Below, piece after piece: positions 9,446-18,270 of a DNA stretch of 64,000 nucleotides. The position numbers and the translations under genes were made by a program. Below the pieces are notes generated by a model. That model made no database searches and was not told the origin of the DNA. It saw only the letters and a program-made list of their open reading frames with translations. The stretch is from a virus (lineage: Duplodnaviria; Heunggongvirae; Uroviricota; Caudoviricetes), in the IMG/VR virus record IMGVR_UViG_3300028591_000125, one strand, 5' to 3'. How positions within the stretch are numbered: position 1 is the stretch's first letter; each line of letters starts with the position of its first letter.

Positions 9446-10147
9446 CTATTTTTTAAGTATTATATCAAATGTTGTAAGTTTCTTTTTTCTGATATTATAG
9501 ATTTTCATTTCCATAATTGTTCCTTCCGGTATATTCCAGGATTTTATTTTCTTAGCTAAACTACTCCCTTTTACACCAGGACCACAATCATAAGAAGAAC
9601 TACAATATGACTCTACCATATCATAAGGATGGACCCAAATTTTCTTTTCCCAATCCCAATTCCAATATAATTTCCAACCATGATCTTTGTCTGAGTAATT
9701 ATAAAGATCAATCGCAATAAATTCGTCATTATAGTTTGGTCTTCTCTTTGGCATTTTAAATCTCCATATCTTCTTCGCTGACTTTCTAAATTCAAACCAC
9801 TTATCATACACAGAATTACCAGACTTAATATTTTCATAGTCACTTGTATACTGCTGTTTTAGTTTGTTCTGTATAAAATCGAATGGACAGTTACGAATCA
9901 GAAAAACGTCAAAGAAGGTAGGTGTGTTCCAAATTACTACTTCTCCATGATTTTTTACAATCTCCTCAAATTCCTCTTTTGTATAATCTGCCAAAAAATC
10001 AGAAGCGTAAAGTGGTTCTTCTCCTGGTATAAAGTCATGAAACTTAACCTCCCGATCTTTACACCAGTCTCTCAGTTTTTCATAGTCTTCCCAACTATTT
10101 AAATATGTCTTATCTATTCCTGCCATAATTTCTTTATTTTGTACCAA
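9446..10147 (-). CDS. hypothetical protein
   Basis: 233 aa ORF, Trp-rich. Confidence 0.5.
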   Translation of the reverse strand: MVQNKEIMAGIDKTYLNSWEDYEKLRDWCKDREVKFHDFIPGEEPLYASDFLADYTKEEFEEIVKNHGEVVIWNTPTFFDVFLIRNCPFDFIQNKLKQQYTSDYENIKSGNSVYDKWFEFRKSAKKIWRFKMPKRRPNYNDEFIAIDLYNYSDKDHGWKLYWNWDWEKKIWVHPYDMVESYCSSSYDCGPGVKGSSLAKKIKSWNIPEGTIMEMKIYNIRKKKLTTFDIILKK

Positions 10148-10539
10148 TAATAGCTCAGTGTTGATCTGAACACAATCATATTCACTGCAACAATATCGTC
10201 ACTTTCACCCAGGCAATATTCCGTTCCTTTTGGTATAATGCAGGGAACAGAACCGAGGCGTCGTCCACAGTCATAATCTGCATGAAAACCATATTCTATT
10301 GTTTCTCTTATGTTCCCGCAAATTATCCAATTCCTTATCTCCAAATGATTTATTAGGCGTAACTCATTATCACTATAAGAATAAGATTCAGCCGTCAATA
10401 TTTTATTATATGGATACTTTACATTAAATGCACGTATACGTGGTTTCCAATATCTTACATGGTCCTCCACAAGTTTGTAACACAATATATCTTTCTGTGC
10501 AATTTCAGGTTTACAACCTCTTTTAATAAATAGACACAT
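10114..10539 (-). CDS. hypothetical protein
   Basis: 141 aa ORF. Confidence 0.45.
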   Translation of the reverse strand: MCLFIKRGCKPEIAQKDILCYKLVEDHVRYWKPRIRAFNVKYPYNKILTAESYSYSDNELRLINHLEIRNWIICGNIRETIEYGFHADYDCGRRLGSVPCIIPKGTEYCLGESDDIVAVNMIVFRSTLSYYWYKIKKLWQE

Positions 10540-10580
10540 AACGTTATTCTGGTTTAAAGTTTTGTAACATAAATATCATA

Positions 10581-11021
10581 TCACCAATTTTTGAATATTG
10601 TTCGTGGGCAACTGCATTCCATCTCAATACAATCCGGCTTCATAATTATTTTGGGGTAAATTGAGATAAACATTCCCGAGGTGTTTTTGGATATATAATC
10701 CTCCTCACCATTTCTCTTACCTTCGAGGAACTTGTAGAACGCCACACCGCCGTAGATGTGCGTTATTTCGATTTCATCCCAAATGCTACGCAATGAAAGA
10801 ATGTCAGTTGAGTCCATATATAGGCGAGCACCTACAAAGAGTTTATCAAAATTCAATATTTGGATTCTGTTCATACAACTCCGTTCCTCATAACTCAGCT
10901 GTTTAGGTATTGGTAGTTCAATACCATATTTCTTTTCCCAAGTCATGTTCTGTTCAAATTCCTCTTTAGTCATATTATACCGTTCATTCAACCAAACAGT
11001 GAAGTCCTTGTTGTTTTCCAT
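10581..11021 (-). CDS. hypothetical protein
   Basis: 146 aa ORF. Confidence 0.5.
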   Translation of the reverse strand: MENNKDFTVWLNERYNMTKEEFEQNMTWEKKYGIELPIPKQLSYEERSCMNRIQILNFDKLFVGARLYMDSTDILSLRSIWDEIEITHIYGGVAFYKFLEGKRNGEEDYISKNTSGMFISIYPKIIMKPDCIEMECSCPRTIFKNW

Positions 11022-11033
11022 AATTATTTCGGT

Positions 11034-11216
11034 TTATCTGTCATACATAAACAAATGCGGTGATTTTCCTGTCCATTTGCTTCCAACCTTATGACTATTA
11101 TAGAATCTGTGACTAACACGTCTGGTCTGGATGGTTTGGAAGGGTCGTATCAACGCCCCATCTCTTAGTCTCTCTATCTCGGATACTAAAGCGGATTTTG
11201 GTATGTATTGTTCCAT
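11034..11216 (-). CDS. diverged or truncated paralog of 347..565
   Basis: 60 aa ORF. The first 24 aa, MEQYIPKSALVSEIERLRDGALIR, are identical or near-identical to 347..565, then it diverges. Confidence 0.35.
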   Translation of the reverse strand: MEQYIPKSALVSEIERLRDGALIRPFQTIQTRRVSHRFYNSHKVGSKWTGKSPHLFMYDR

Positions 11217-11222
11217 AATTGC

Positions 11223-11471
11223 TTAATCATTTTTAAAAACATACCACCACATAAACTGTCTGAGATATCCATTATTAAACCACCAACAGAAATCTTTGCG
11301 CATACCAAACTCGTATTTACCGATGTTAAATGAAAAGATAGAATTTCCCATATTTATTTTTCTTTCATTTAGCGGTGTTTTTATTTTAACTCCATAAGGC
11401 AATCTCGCACAGAGGTCCTGAAGTAATAATTGTTTTTGTGTCATTTTACTATTTGTATTTATTCCTGCCAT
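11223..11471 (-). CDS. hypothetical protein, N-terminus paralogous to 1..343
   Basis: 82 aa ORF with LLLQDLCARLPYGV near the N-terminus. Confidence 0.45.
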   Translation of the reverse strand: MAGINTNSKMTQKQLLLQDLCARLPYGVKIKTPLNERKINMGNSIFSFNIGKYEFGMRKDFCWWFNNGYLRQFMWWYVFKND

Positions 11472-12124
11472 AATTTTTCATTAAATTCGGTCAACATTAG
11501 ATTTTCATTACTCCTCAATTTCATACAAGTCTCATCAAAATCTAAAGACCTAGCTACATTTTCTATTTCTTTGTTCGTGAATTCCGACGATAACCCAGAC
11601 TGTTTTATTATGTAAATCAATGTATCTCTCAGTCTTAAATCCTCGTCGGTATATTTCGAACATAAATCCTCTTCACTTCCAAATGCACACTTTATATCCG
11701 CTCTAAATAAATTTCCGGATCTAGGTATATAACATCTAGGATCTCCACTGTGTTCTGCGTCTGGATATATGAAGAAACGTATAGGTAACTCCCAATCTTC
11801 TCCAGCCATACAAAGATAATATGGTACTCCCTTTTCTGTTACTCCACTTGAAAGTAATGAGAAATTTGTTTTGGAAAAATATACTTCTCTTATATCATCT
11901 CTAAGCCTTGGTAACATATCATCAAGAATAATACTCTCCAATAATTTACCAGGATCAGATTCACACAAAGAATAAAGCTCACTAAGTTTTTTAAGATGTG
12001 AATTAAATTCCTCAAGAGTTTCATTTTTCCCCTTTAAAATAACATTCTTACTAGGTTCATGTAAAAGAATAATCTCTTTTTTACCTTGAATAATGTCTAC
12101 TAAATTTTGTTCTTTTTCTGTCAT
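11459..12124 (-). CDS. hypothetical protein
   Basis: 221 aa ORF with the promoter motif at 12127..12140 on the coding strand. Confidence 0.5.
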   Translation of the reverse strand: MTEKEQNLVDIIQGKKEIILLHEPSKNVILKGKNETLEEFNSHLKKLSELYSLCESDPGKLLESIILDDMLPRLRDDIREVYFSKTNFSLLSSGVTEKGVPYYLCMAGEDWELPIRFFIYPDAEHSGDPRCYIPRSGNLFRADIKCAFGSEEDLCSKYTDEDLRLRDTLIYIIKQSGLSSEFTNKEIENVARSLDFDETCMKLRSNENLMLTEFNEKLWQE

Positions 12125-12166
12125 AACATATATAAGGATTAGAGGGAAAAAGAAACGGAAAGAAAT

Positions 12167-12520
12167 TTAATCTTCCGTTATCTCATGTTCTTCTCCTAAT
12201 TCATCTTTCCATACTATTTTAAACTCAGATATATTTAATTTCTCTCCACTAGTAAAGAAGTAATATTTTTGTATAGACACTAGGATATTCTGAAAACAAG
12301 ATTTAAAAACATCATCTTTATTAGGGACAGAACCAAAATCACAACTCCTCCCCCAAAGTTTTATAATCTTATTCTCAGTATCTATATCAAAAAATCCACC
12401 ACCTATTACAAACTTTTTTTCATCTTGAGAAATTAGATCTTCATGAAACTCAACATAATTACAACGAAAAGTGAACTCTCTATTACTTTTTTCTAAGACT
12501 ATATATTTTTGAAACTTCAT
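12167..12520 (-). CDS. hypothetical protein
   Basis: 117 aa ORF. Promoter motif at 12523..12534. A hairpin terminator sits downstream at 12140..12165. Confidence 0.5.
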   Translation of the reverse strand: MKFQKYIVLEKSNREFTFRCNYVEFHEDLISQDEKKFVIGGGFFDIDTENKIIKLWGRSCDFGSVPNKDDVFKSCFQNILVSIQKYYFFTSGEKLNISEFKIVWKDELGEEHEITED

Positions 12521-12536
12521 AACATATATAAGGAAA

Positions 12537-12770
12537 ACAAAAAGAAGAGACCAACTTAATGATCTCCTCTCTCACTAAAATATGCACAACACGCAAAGTA
12601 ACGTGTAGAATAATTTAAAAAGTTCACCTCATAAGCCAAGCACTCGGTAACTTGCGTCCTCTCACTCTGAAGATCCTAGTCTACATTACGTAATCTAGAA
12701 TCGACTTATGATGTATGTAATTAATATATGAATTTTGTGTCTCGGATTTTAAATGGTTTTCTTTTTACGT
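12537..12770 (-). ncRNA. candidate small RNA with own promoter and terminator
   Basis: Minus-strand promoter motif at 12755..12770 with a hairpin and T-run terminator at 12540..12570. There is no ORF and GC is elevated. Confidence 0.35.
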
Positions 12771-12781
12771 ATATAAGGATT

Positions 12782-13093
12782 TCAAGGCTTTTCATCTTCT
12801 ACGTTTAATATATTTACTATTCTCCATTTTCTGTATTTCTCATTTTGTGAAAAATAAGATATTACTACTGATATTACTGACTCTCCTTCTTTTAATTTTA
12901 AATCTCCTCCTATAATAGTTTTACATCTATATGGAATATAACTACATATTTTTTTACATTGTATTTTATTTATTCGTTTGTGGTGGTTCTTATAATTATA
13001 AAGATAGAGACAGAAGTCGAGTCCCATCATAGGTATACAGAGAAACATTTCATTATATTCAGACTCAACTATAAGAATCTTATTTCCATACAT
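12782..13093 (-). CDS. hypothetical protein
   Basis: 103 aa ORF. Confidence 0.45.
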   Translation of the reverse strand: MYGNKILIVESEYNEMFLCIPMMGLDFCLYLYNYKNHHKRINKIQCKKICSYIPYRCKTIIGGDLKLKEGESVISVVISYFSQNEKYRKWRIVNILNVEDEKP

Positions 13094-13409
13094 ATATAGT
13101 TTTTATGAGTTTAAGACTAAACCTCTTCCTACAAAGTTCCATTACTGCACTTTCTATACCTGACTTTAATAATATTTCATCAACTATTAAAGGATCTGTT
13201 GAAATAGTAACAAAATGAGCGTAATTATTATTATTTAAGATTTCTATCATTTTTTTATTTATTCTTTTATGCTTATTAACATAAGGCATAAAATATAATC
13301 TAAGTGTTCTTGATTTGGTAAGAGGTACTACTAATCTAACATTAGCTATATACATCCCTTCTCCAGCTTGTATTAAGAAAGCTTTATAATTTTCTATTTG
13401 TTGTATCAT
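13080..13409 (-). CDS. hypothetical protein
   Basis: 109 aa ORF with a promoter motif upstream (13411..13425). Confidence 0.45.
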   Translation of the reverse strand: MIQQIENYKAFLIQAGEGMYIANVRLVVPLTKSRTLRLYFMPYVNKHKRINKKMIEILNNNNYAHFVTISTDPLIVDEILLKSGIESAVMELCRKRFSLKLIKTIYVWK

Positions 13410-13494
13410 ATATATATAAGGAAAATAAAAATACAGAAAATATGGTCTAAAATCCTTATATATGAGAAAAACATCTGATATATTTTAGTACCAG

Positions 13495-14136
13495 GTGTTT
13501 TATTTTATTCAAGATATGGAAATAACAAATATAAATAAAGTTAAATATAAAGACTTAATTGAAATTCTAAAGAAAGATAGAACAACAATAGAAAAGGTTA
13601 TATTACCATTGAAGAAAGTAGATCATCTTATTTTAGGTTGTGGTTATAAAATAATTGAAAAAACTATACAATCTAATACTAAGGGGGTTGAATATAGAGT
13701 CCGAGTAATGCAAACTAATGAGGGAGCTATAACTACTTTATACTCTATTTTCACAGATTACTTAGTTATATGGCCAGTAACTTATCTTTATGGTTATACA
13801 GAAGAACCTTATATAATATTAATAAAACTTCATGCGATTGATAGATATGCAGAGAGATATCTTAAAATAGAGGATAAAAATGAAAGTTTAAATAGATTCA
13901 TTGATATCTTCTGTTTATATAGAGATCCTTATTTGTTCAGAAAATCAGAAACTGACAAAGTAGAAAGTCTGATGTGTAGAATAAAAGATGGAGTTCTCTT
14001 GGGTTATATTTATCACGTTTCTCCAAAGATTCTTAGATTAAATACTTTTATAAGTGACGTTGAATTAGATGAAGCTAATAGAGATGATCAACTTAAAGTA
14101 AGAAAGAATTCTGACGCATGGAGAAGGGTACAGTAA
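13495..14136 (+). CDS. hypothetical protein
   Basis: 213 aa ORF. This is the first plus-strand gene after the strand switch, with a CCTTATATATG motif at 13455..13467. Confidence 0.5.
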   Translation: MFYFIQDMEITNINKVKYKDLIEILKKDRTTIEKVILPLKKVDHLILGCGYKIIEKTIQSNTKGVEYRVRVMQTNEGAITTLYSIFTDYLVIWPVTYLYGYTEEPYIILIKLHAIDRYAERYLKIEDKNESLNRFIDIFCLYRDPYLFRKSETDKVESLMCRIKDGVLLGYIYHVSPKILRLNTFISDVELDEANRDDQLKVRKNSDAWRRVQ

Positions 14137-14175
14137 TTTGTACTCTTTTTTTTAACTAAGATCCTTATATATGTT

Positions 14176-14454
14176 ATGGATAATAATATCAAAGATTTTT
14201 TATTGTCGTTCATTCTTAGTAATGAAAATGTTGACCGTGAATTAAAGAGATATAATAGTGACGGTCAAAAAATTATAATCGAAATTATAAAACGAACAAT
14301 AATGGTTTCGGAACTAGACTTATCTTTTAGAAAAGATAATGAAAATGGTTGTAGTGCACCAGATTTAGTTTATACACTTGATGTATTATCTAGTATTACG
14401 CCGACATCCATAAAACGTGCTGTTATTGATATATTAGCAAATCGAGATAAATGA
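14176..14454 (+). CDS. hypothetical protein
   Basis: 92 aa ORF. Motif TCCTTATATATGTTATG directly abuts the ATG. Confidence 0.5.
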   Translation: MDNNIKDFLLSFILSNENVDRELKRYNSDGQKIIIEIIKRTIMVSELDLSFRKDNENGCSAPDLVYTLDVLSSITPTSIKRAVIDILANRDK

Positions 14455-14864
14455 AATTAAGTATTTCAGATTTTGAAGTTTCGGAATTCTTAAAAGATTT
14501 TACAGGACAAGATATTAGTGTAAAATCAAAACCAAAATATCTAGAAATTACTATAGATATTGATTTTAAATTATTTACTAAATCTTGTACTTTTGTAATT
14601 GAAAGCATAACTGTAGAACAACCTGAAAACTCTTTGATTATAACTTATTCATCTAAAACTTTTGGACTTGATCTTATAGTTTCAGGTCTCTTACAAATAG
14701 GAGAAGAGTTTAGAAATGAATATGAAAAACTTGAAGGTAACCAAATTAGAGTGTTTCTTAATAAAGTAGACGGTTTACGAGAATCACTTAGAAAAATTAA
14801 TTTGAATTCTTGTATGTTCTCAGAAGAAGAAATAATTGTTAACTTTAATATAAAAAAATCATGA
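14451..14864 (+). CDS. hypothetical protein
   Basis: 137 aa ORF overlapping neighbours by 4 nt (ATGA). Confidence 0.5.
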   Translation: MKLSISDFEVSEFLKDFTGQDISVKSKPKYLEITIDIDFKLFTKSCTFVIESITVEQPENSLIITYSSKTFGLDLIVSGLLQIGEEFRNEYEKLEGNQIRVFLNKVDGLRESLRKINLNSCMFSEEEIIVNFNIKKS

Positions 14865-15295
14865 AAAAACCAAGAACAAGAATAGTCAATAAAACAAAAA
14901 ATTCTGTCACTCTAGATTTTAAAGGAGATATAGGACAGGTTACTACAACATGGAAAGAGTTTAACGAGATCTATGTAATTGAAGATAATATTTGGGCGGT
15001 GTTTAATGATGCAGCCTGGGAAAAAGTTAAAGAGAGAAAAAAGAAAGTTGAAAAAGAAGTACAGAGGCTCGTTAAAAAAGAAGAGGGAGTTACTTTAGAT
15101 TCTACCGCCGATGAAGTCGTTAATATTCTCGGCTGTTCTAAAGAAAGAGCAATCCAAATAATAAAAGCAAAAATGAAAAGATTAAATCCGAAACCAGTCA
15201 AAAAGAAAAAACCAGCCGAAAATAAACAACGAAAAAGAACGGCGGGATTTACTTTAGGTGATGTTCCTGGATTTGAAAAACTAAAGAAACTATGA
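14861..15295 (+). CDS. Lys-rich basic protein (possible nucleic-acid-binding)
   Basis: 144 aa ORF. The C-terminal half is KKKVEKEVQRLVKKEEG...KKKKPAENKQRKR. Confidence 0.45.
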   Translation: MKKPRTRIVNKTKNSVTLDFKGDIGQVTTTWKEFNEIYVIEDNIWAVFNDAAWEKVKERKKKVEKEVQRLVKKEEGVTLDSTADEVVNILGCSKERAIQIIKAKMKRLNPKPVKKKKPAENKQRKRTAGFTLGDVPGFEKLKKL

Positions 15296-15582
15296 AATTA
15301 GTACATCGGCTTCTATTAGTTGTAGATATCTTATTACTTATACTTCTCGCTCTTATATATTTTTGTGTTTCGGTTATTAAATACGCTATAATATTTATCT
15401 CAGTCGTATCTTGGTTTGTATTATTGCCTTTATGGATACTACTTCGACTAATTAAACTACTAAATATTCCTAGTGTTTTTTGGATTAGTAGATTAGTACC
15501 AATGAATAAGTTAATTGGATTGATCTATAAAGCATCAGATAATATAGCGGACTTAATTGAAATACACAAATGTTTTCTATAA
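15292..15582 (+). CDS. membrane protein
   Basis: 96 aa ORF with several hydrophobic helices. Confidence 0.45.
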   Translation: MKLVHRLLLVVDILLLILLALIYFCVSVIKYAIIFISVVSWFVLLPLWILLRLIKLLNIPSVFWISRLVPMNKLIGLIYKASDNIADLIEIHKCFL

Positions 15583-15776
15583 TAATTTATAAGAAAGAAG
15601 GAAATAAACAACAACTCTCTTTCATAAATAACTTTCCCACTTTCGAAGATGCAATAAAAGGATTAGATGAACTTGATCTTAATTTCACAAACGCAGAAAT
15701 TAAAAAAGGTGAACTAGAATTTTATGCAAAACTAGAAAATGGGGTAATAGTAAAAATAGAGAAATACAAAAAATAA
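15570..15776 (+). CDS. hypothetical protein
   Basis: 68 aa ORF ending at a bidirectional terminator. Confidence 0.45.
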   Translation: MFSIIIYKKEGNKQQLSFINNFPTFEDAIKGLDELDLNFTNAEIKKGELEFYAKLENGVIVKIEKYKK

Positions 15777-15806
15777 AAGGAGAATTAATTTTCTCCTTCT
15801 TTTTTA
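15777..15806. terminator. bidirectional intrinsic terminator between convergent genes
   Basis: Hairpin GGAGAATTAATTTTCTCC with A-run on one side and T-run on the other. Confidence 0.6.
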
Positions 15807-16445
15807 TTCACTCCATAAACTAGTTTTTCCATGATACATTTCTTGTGCCCAATCTTTAAATTCTTTTCCTCCTGTTCTTCTTTTAAACCAAGATAAAACA
15901 GAATCTAAGCTATGTATAAATGTTCCGGCTTGTTTTGAAAATGAACTTGAAAAACCTAAGTCAACCATTAAATACGGAGTGCTTGATATAAATTTATCTA
16001 AGTGTCCATGTGTATGCCCAAAAACTTCTATACCTCCATTATACATATGAGGATAGTCAAGAATGGGATAATGAGAAACTGTTATTTTATCATTTAAAGT
16101 TTCTAATATAAAACTATCTTCGTAATATATAAATTTGTCTTTAACTTTATCAAACAATTTCTCCTTATCATGATTCCCTATTATTTTATACATTGGACAG
16201 GGAATACAAGAAAGAAGATTTAGAAGAGCTGTAATACCTGAACCTAAATATAAATCTCCTAGATCTATAAGTAAGTCAGTTGGTTTTAGTGTTTCTGATA
16301 AGGTTTTCTCTATATAATTATTCATATCCTTCAACTCACTAAAATCTCTCTTATCAAAATCTATAATATTTTTATGAGAGTGATGTAAGTCGCCAATAAA
16401 AAATACACGACTTGGATCAAACCCGCTAATATTAATCGTCTTCAT
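15804..16445 (-). CDS. calcineurin-like metallophosphoesterase
   Basis: 213 aa ORF with motifs GDLHH, GDLYLGSG and GNHD in canonical order. Confidence 0.65.
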   Translation of the reverse strand: MKTINISGFDPSRVFFIGDLHHSHKNIIDFDKRDFSELKDMNNYIEKTLSETLKPTDLLIDLGDLYLGSGITALLNLLSCIPCPMYKIIGNHDKEKLFDKVKDKFIYYEDSFILETLNDKITVSHYPILDYPHMYNGGIEVFGHTHGHLDKFISSTPYLMVDLGFSSSFSKQAGTFIHSLDSVLSWFKRRTGGKEFKDWAQEMYHGKTSLWSE

Positions 16446-16576
16446 AAATTTTTACTTTCTTGTTTCTCTTATATTCTTTTCCAGACTTCATTACTTTGGT
16501 TGGTCGGAATGAAATTAATTTACCATGTTCTTTAATTTCTTCTTCCCTGTTTAAAGCTTTTATAATCTTATTTGTA

Positions 16577-16759
16577 TTATATTTCTTCTTCTTTTTCTTC
16601 ATACTTCTTTTCTATAAATTCAGGAATACAAGAACACTCAGTATCACCATCATCCCAGGTAACTAAGTTATTTTCTATCTTTTTTACCTTAACAATTTTA
16701 TTAGGCAAATTTAAACCAAGGATAACTACATCCCCTACTTTAATCTCGCTTAGGTTCAT
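16577..16759 (-). CDS. hypothetical protein
   Basis: 60 aa ORF. A Lys-rich ORF in another frame overlaps its 3' end. Confidence 0.35.
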   Translation of the reverse strand: MNLSEIKVGDVVILGLNLPNKIVKVKKIENNLVTWDDGDTECSCIPEFIEKKYEEKEEEI

Positions 16760-17225
16760 TATAAATAAAATCTCTATAAATCTCTATAAACTGTTTTCCT
16801 GAGTATTCAGCAAGTTCCTTAGTTCTGTAGCAAAGACGGGAACCGTAGAACGAATACGTAGCCGAGAACCCGTTGTGCGCAGACGCAAAACCGAGACCCG
16901 CAGCCGAGCCGTTGCTAGCGAAGCCACCCCAAGCGAGAACACGGAATTTATCTTTTAAATTATCTATCTCTTCCTTTGTATATAATTTAAACCAAGGGAA
17001 CCACTTAATTTCACCATCTTTATACGTTGGAGTCCACCCTTCATTAAGGGCCGCAACTATAATTCGAAGTTTAAGATAAGCTATAATATCTACGTCAATA
17101 AATTCTTCAAATGGAGGAAGACTTTGTAATACTGAATGATACTGTATTACTAAGGGATTATCTTCTCCTAATTCATTACAAGCATCTTCAAATGTTTTTA
17201 TTCTATCTATAATTTTTTTCTTCAT
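16740..17225 (-). CDS. hypothetical protein
   Basis: 161 aa ORF with promoter motif at 17226..17240. Confidence 0.5.
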   Translation of the reverse strand: MKKKIIDRIKTFEDACNELGEDNPLVIQYHSVLQSLPPFEEFIDVDIIAYLKLRIIVAALNEGWTPTYKDGEIKWFPWFKLYTKEEIDNLKDKFRVLAWGGFASNGSAAGLGFASAHNGFSATYSFYGSRLCYRTKELAEYSGKQFIEIYRDFIYNEPKRD

Positions 17226-17262
17226 ATATATAAGGAAAATAAAACTGGAAAATTGAATCCCG

Positions 17263-17814
17263 TTAAATAGTAGTAACCTGTCTTAATGAATATTTAAAAT
17301 GATATCCATTAAATAGGTATGAAGTAAAGATATAGTCATTATCAAAACATAATCCATAAGTATAATATTTATTATGTAATGTAAATGTCCAATATCTACC
17401 AAGCTGATATTCTTTTTTATCTTTGCTTCTGCCGTGGTTAGTAGGTAAAAGACAACAACCTAAGAATCTAAGTGTTTTCAATTGTTCTTGTTCCCATAAG
17501 TTAGAATCAAAGGGAGCCATTGGTAAATTAGGTTGTAGTATTTTTATTTTATTATCAGAGTATTCAAACCCATCAGGAAAAATAACTAAATAATTTTCCC
17601 AGCTATTCGTTTCATTATTAAAAACCTTAGCTTTACAAAATAAATAAGTTTCATGTCTTCCAAAAAGTACATGATTCCATTCTTCCTGACTTAATACTTT
17701 ATCTTTTCCTACATCTTTTATTAAGTCATCAATATTAATAAGTCCTTTATCTAGTAAAGACCCATTAGTATCATCAAACCTTACAAATCTATGTCCTGTA
17801 TAAAATTTATTCAT
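17263..17814 (-). CDS. hypothetical protein
   Basis: 183 aa ORF with promoter motif at 17831..17845. Confidence 0.5.
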   Translation of the reverse strand: MNKFYTGHRFVRFDDTNGSLLDKGLINIDDLIKDVGKDKVLSQEEWNHVLFGRHETYLFCKAKVFNNETNSWENYLVIFPDGFEYSDNKIKILQPNLPMAPFDSNLWEQEQLKTLRFLGCCLLPTNHGRSKDKKEYQLGRYWTFTLHNKYYTYGLCFDNDYIFTSYLFNGYHFKYSLRQVTTI

Positions 17815-18270
17815 ATATTTTTAATTTACCATATATAAGGAAAATAAAAGAACTTAGATGTATTTCTAAGTTTTTATTTTATATTTCATTATAAGTTTAG
17901 CGGGCTCCCCTTGAAATACAACATCGGAAATTACCTTATGATCTGTATCATTTAATATGTCTTTATGTATTCTACGATCAAAAATAATATCATTATTACA
18001 TAAAATTTTTTTAGTTAGTTTTTTATTTATTGAGTGCCCACATCCTATAGAATGATTAATATTAACTCTGCTTATTTTTACATAATAATCACCAATAGAT
18101 TCTACTATAATGTAGAAATATTTATAAAGTAGGAAGAATCCATCTCTACTATTACATATTGGTAAAGATCTCGGGATAAATAATTATTTATTATTTTGTA
18201 TACATAAACTTCTGTCATACATTAATAAGAAATTAAAAAGAGTCAGATTTTACTCCAACTCTTTAAATAA

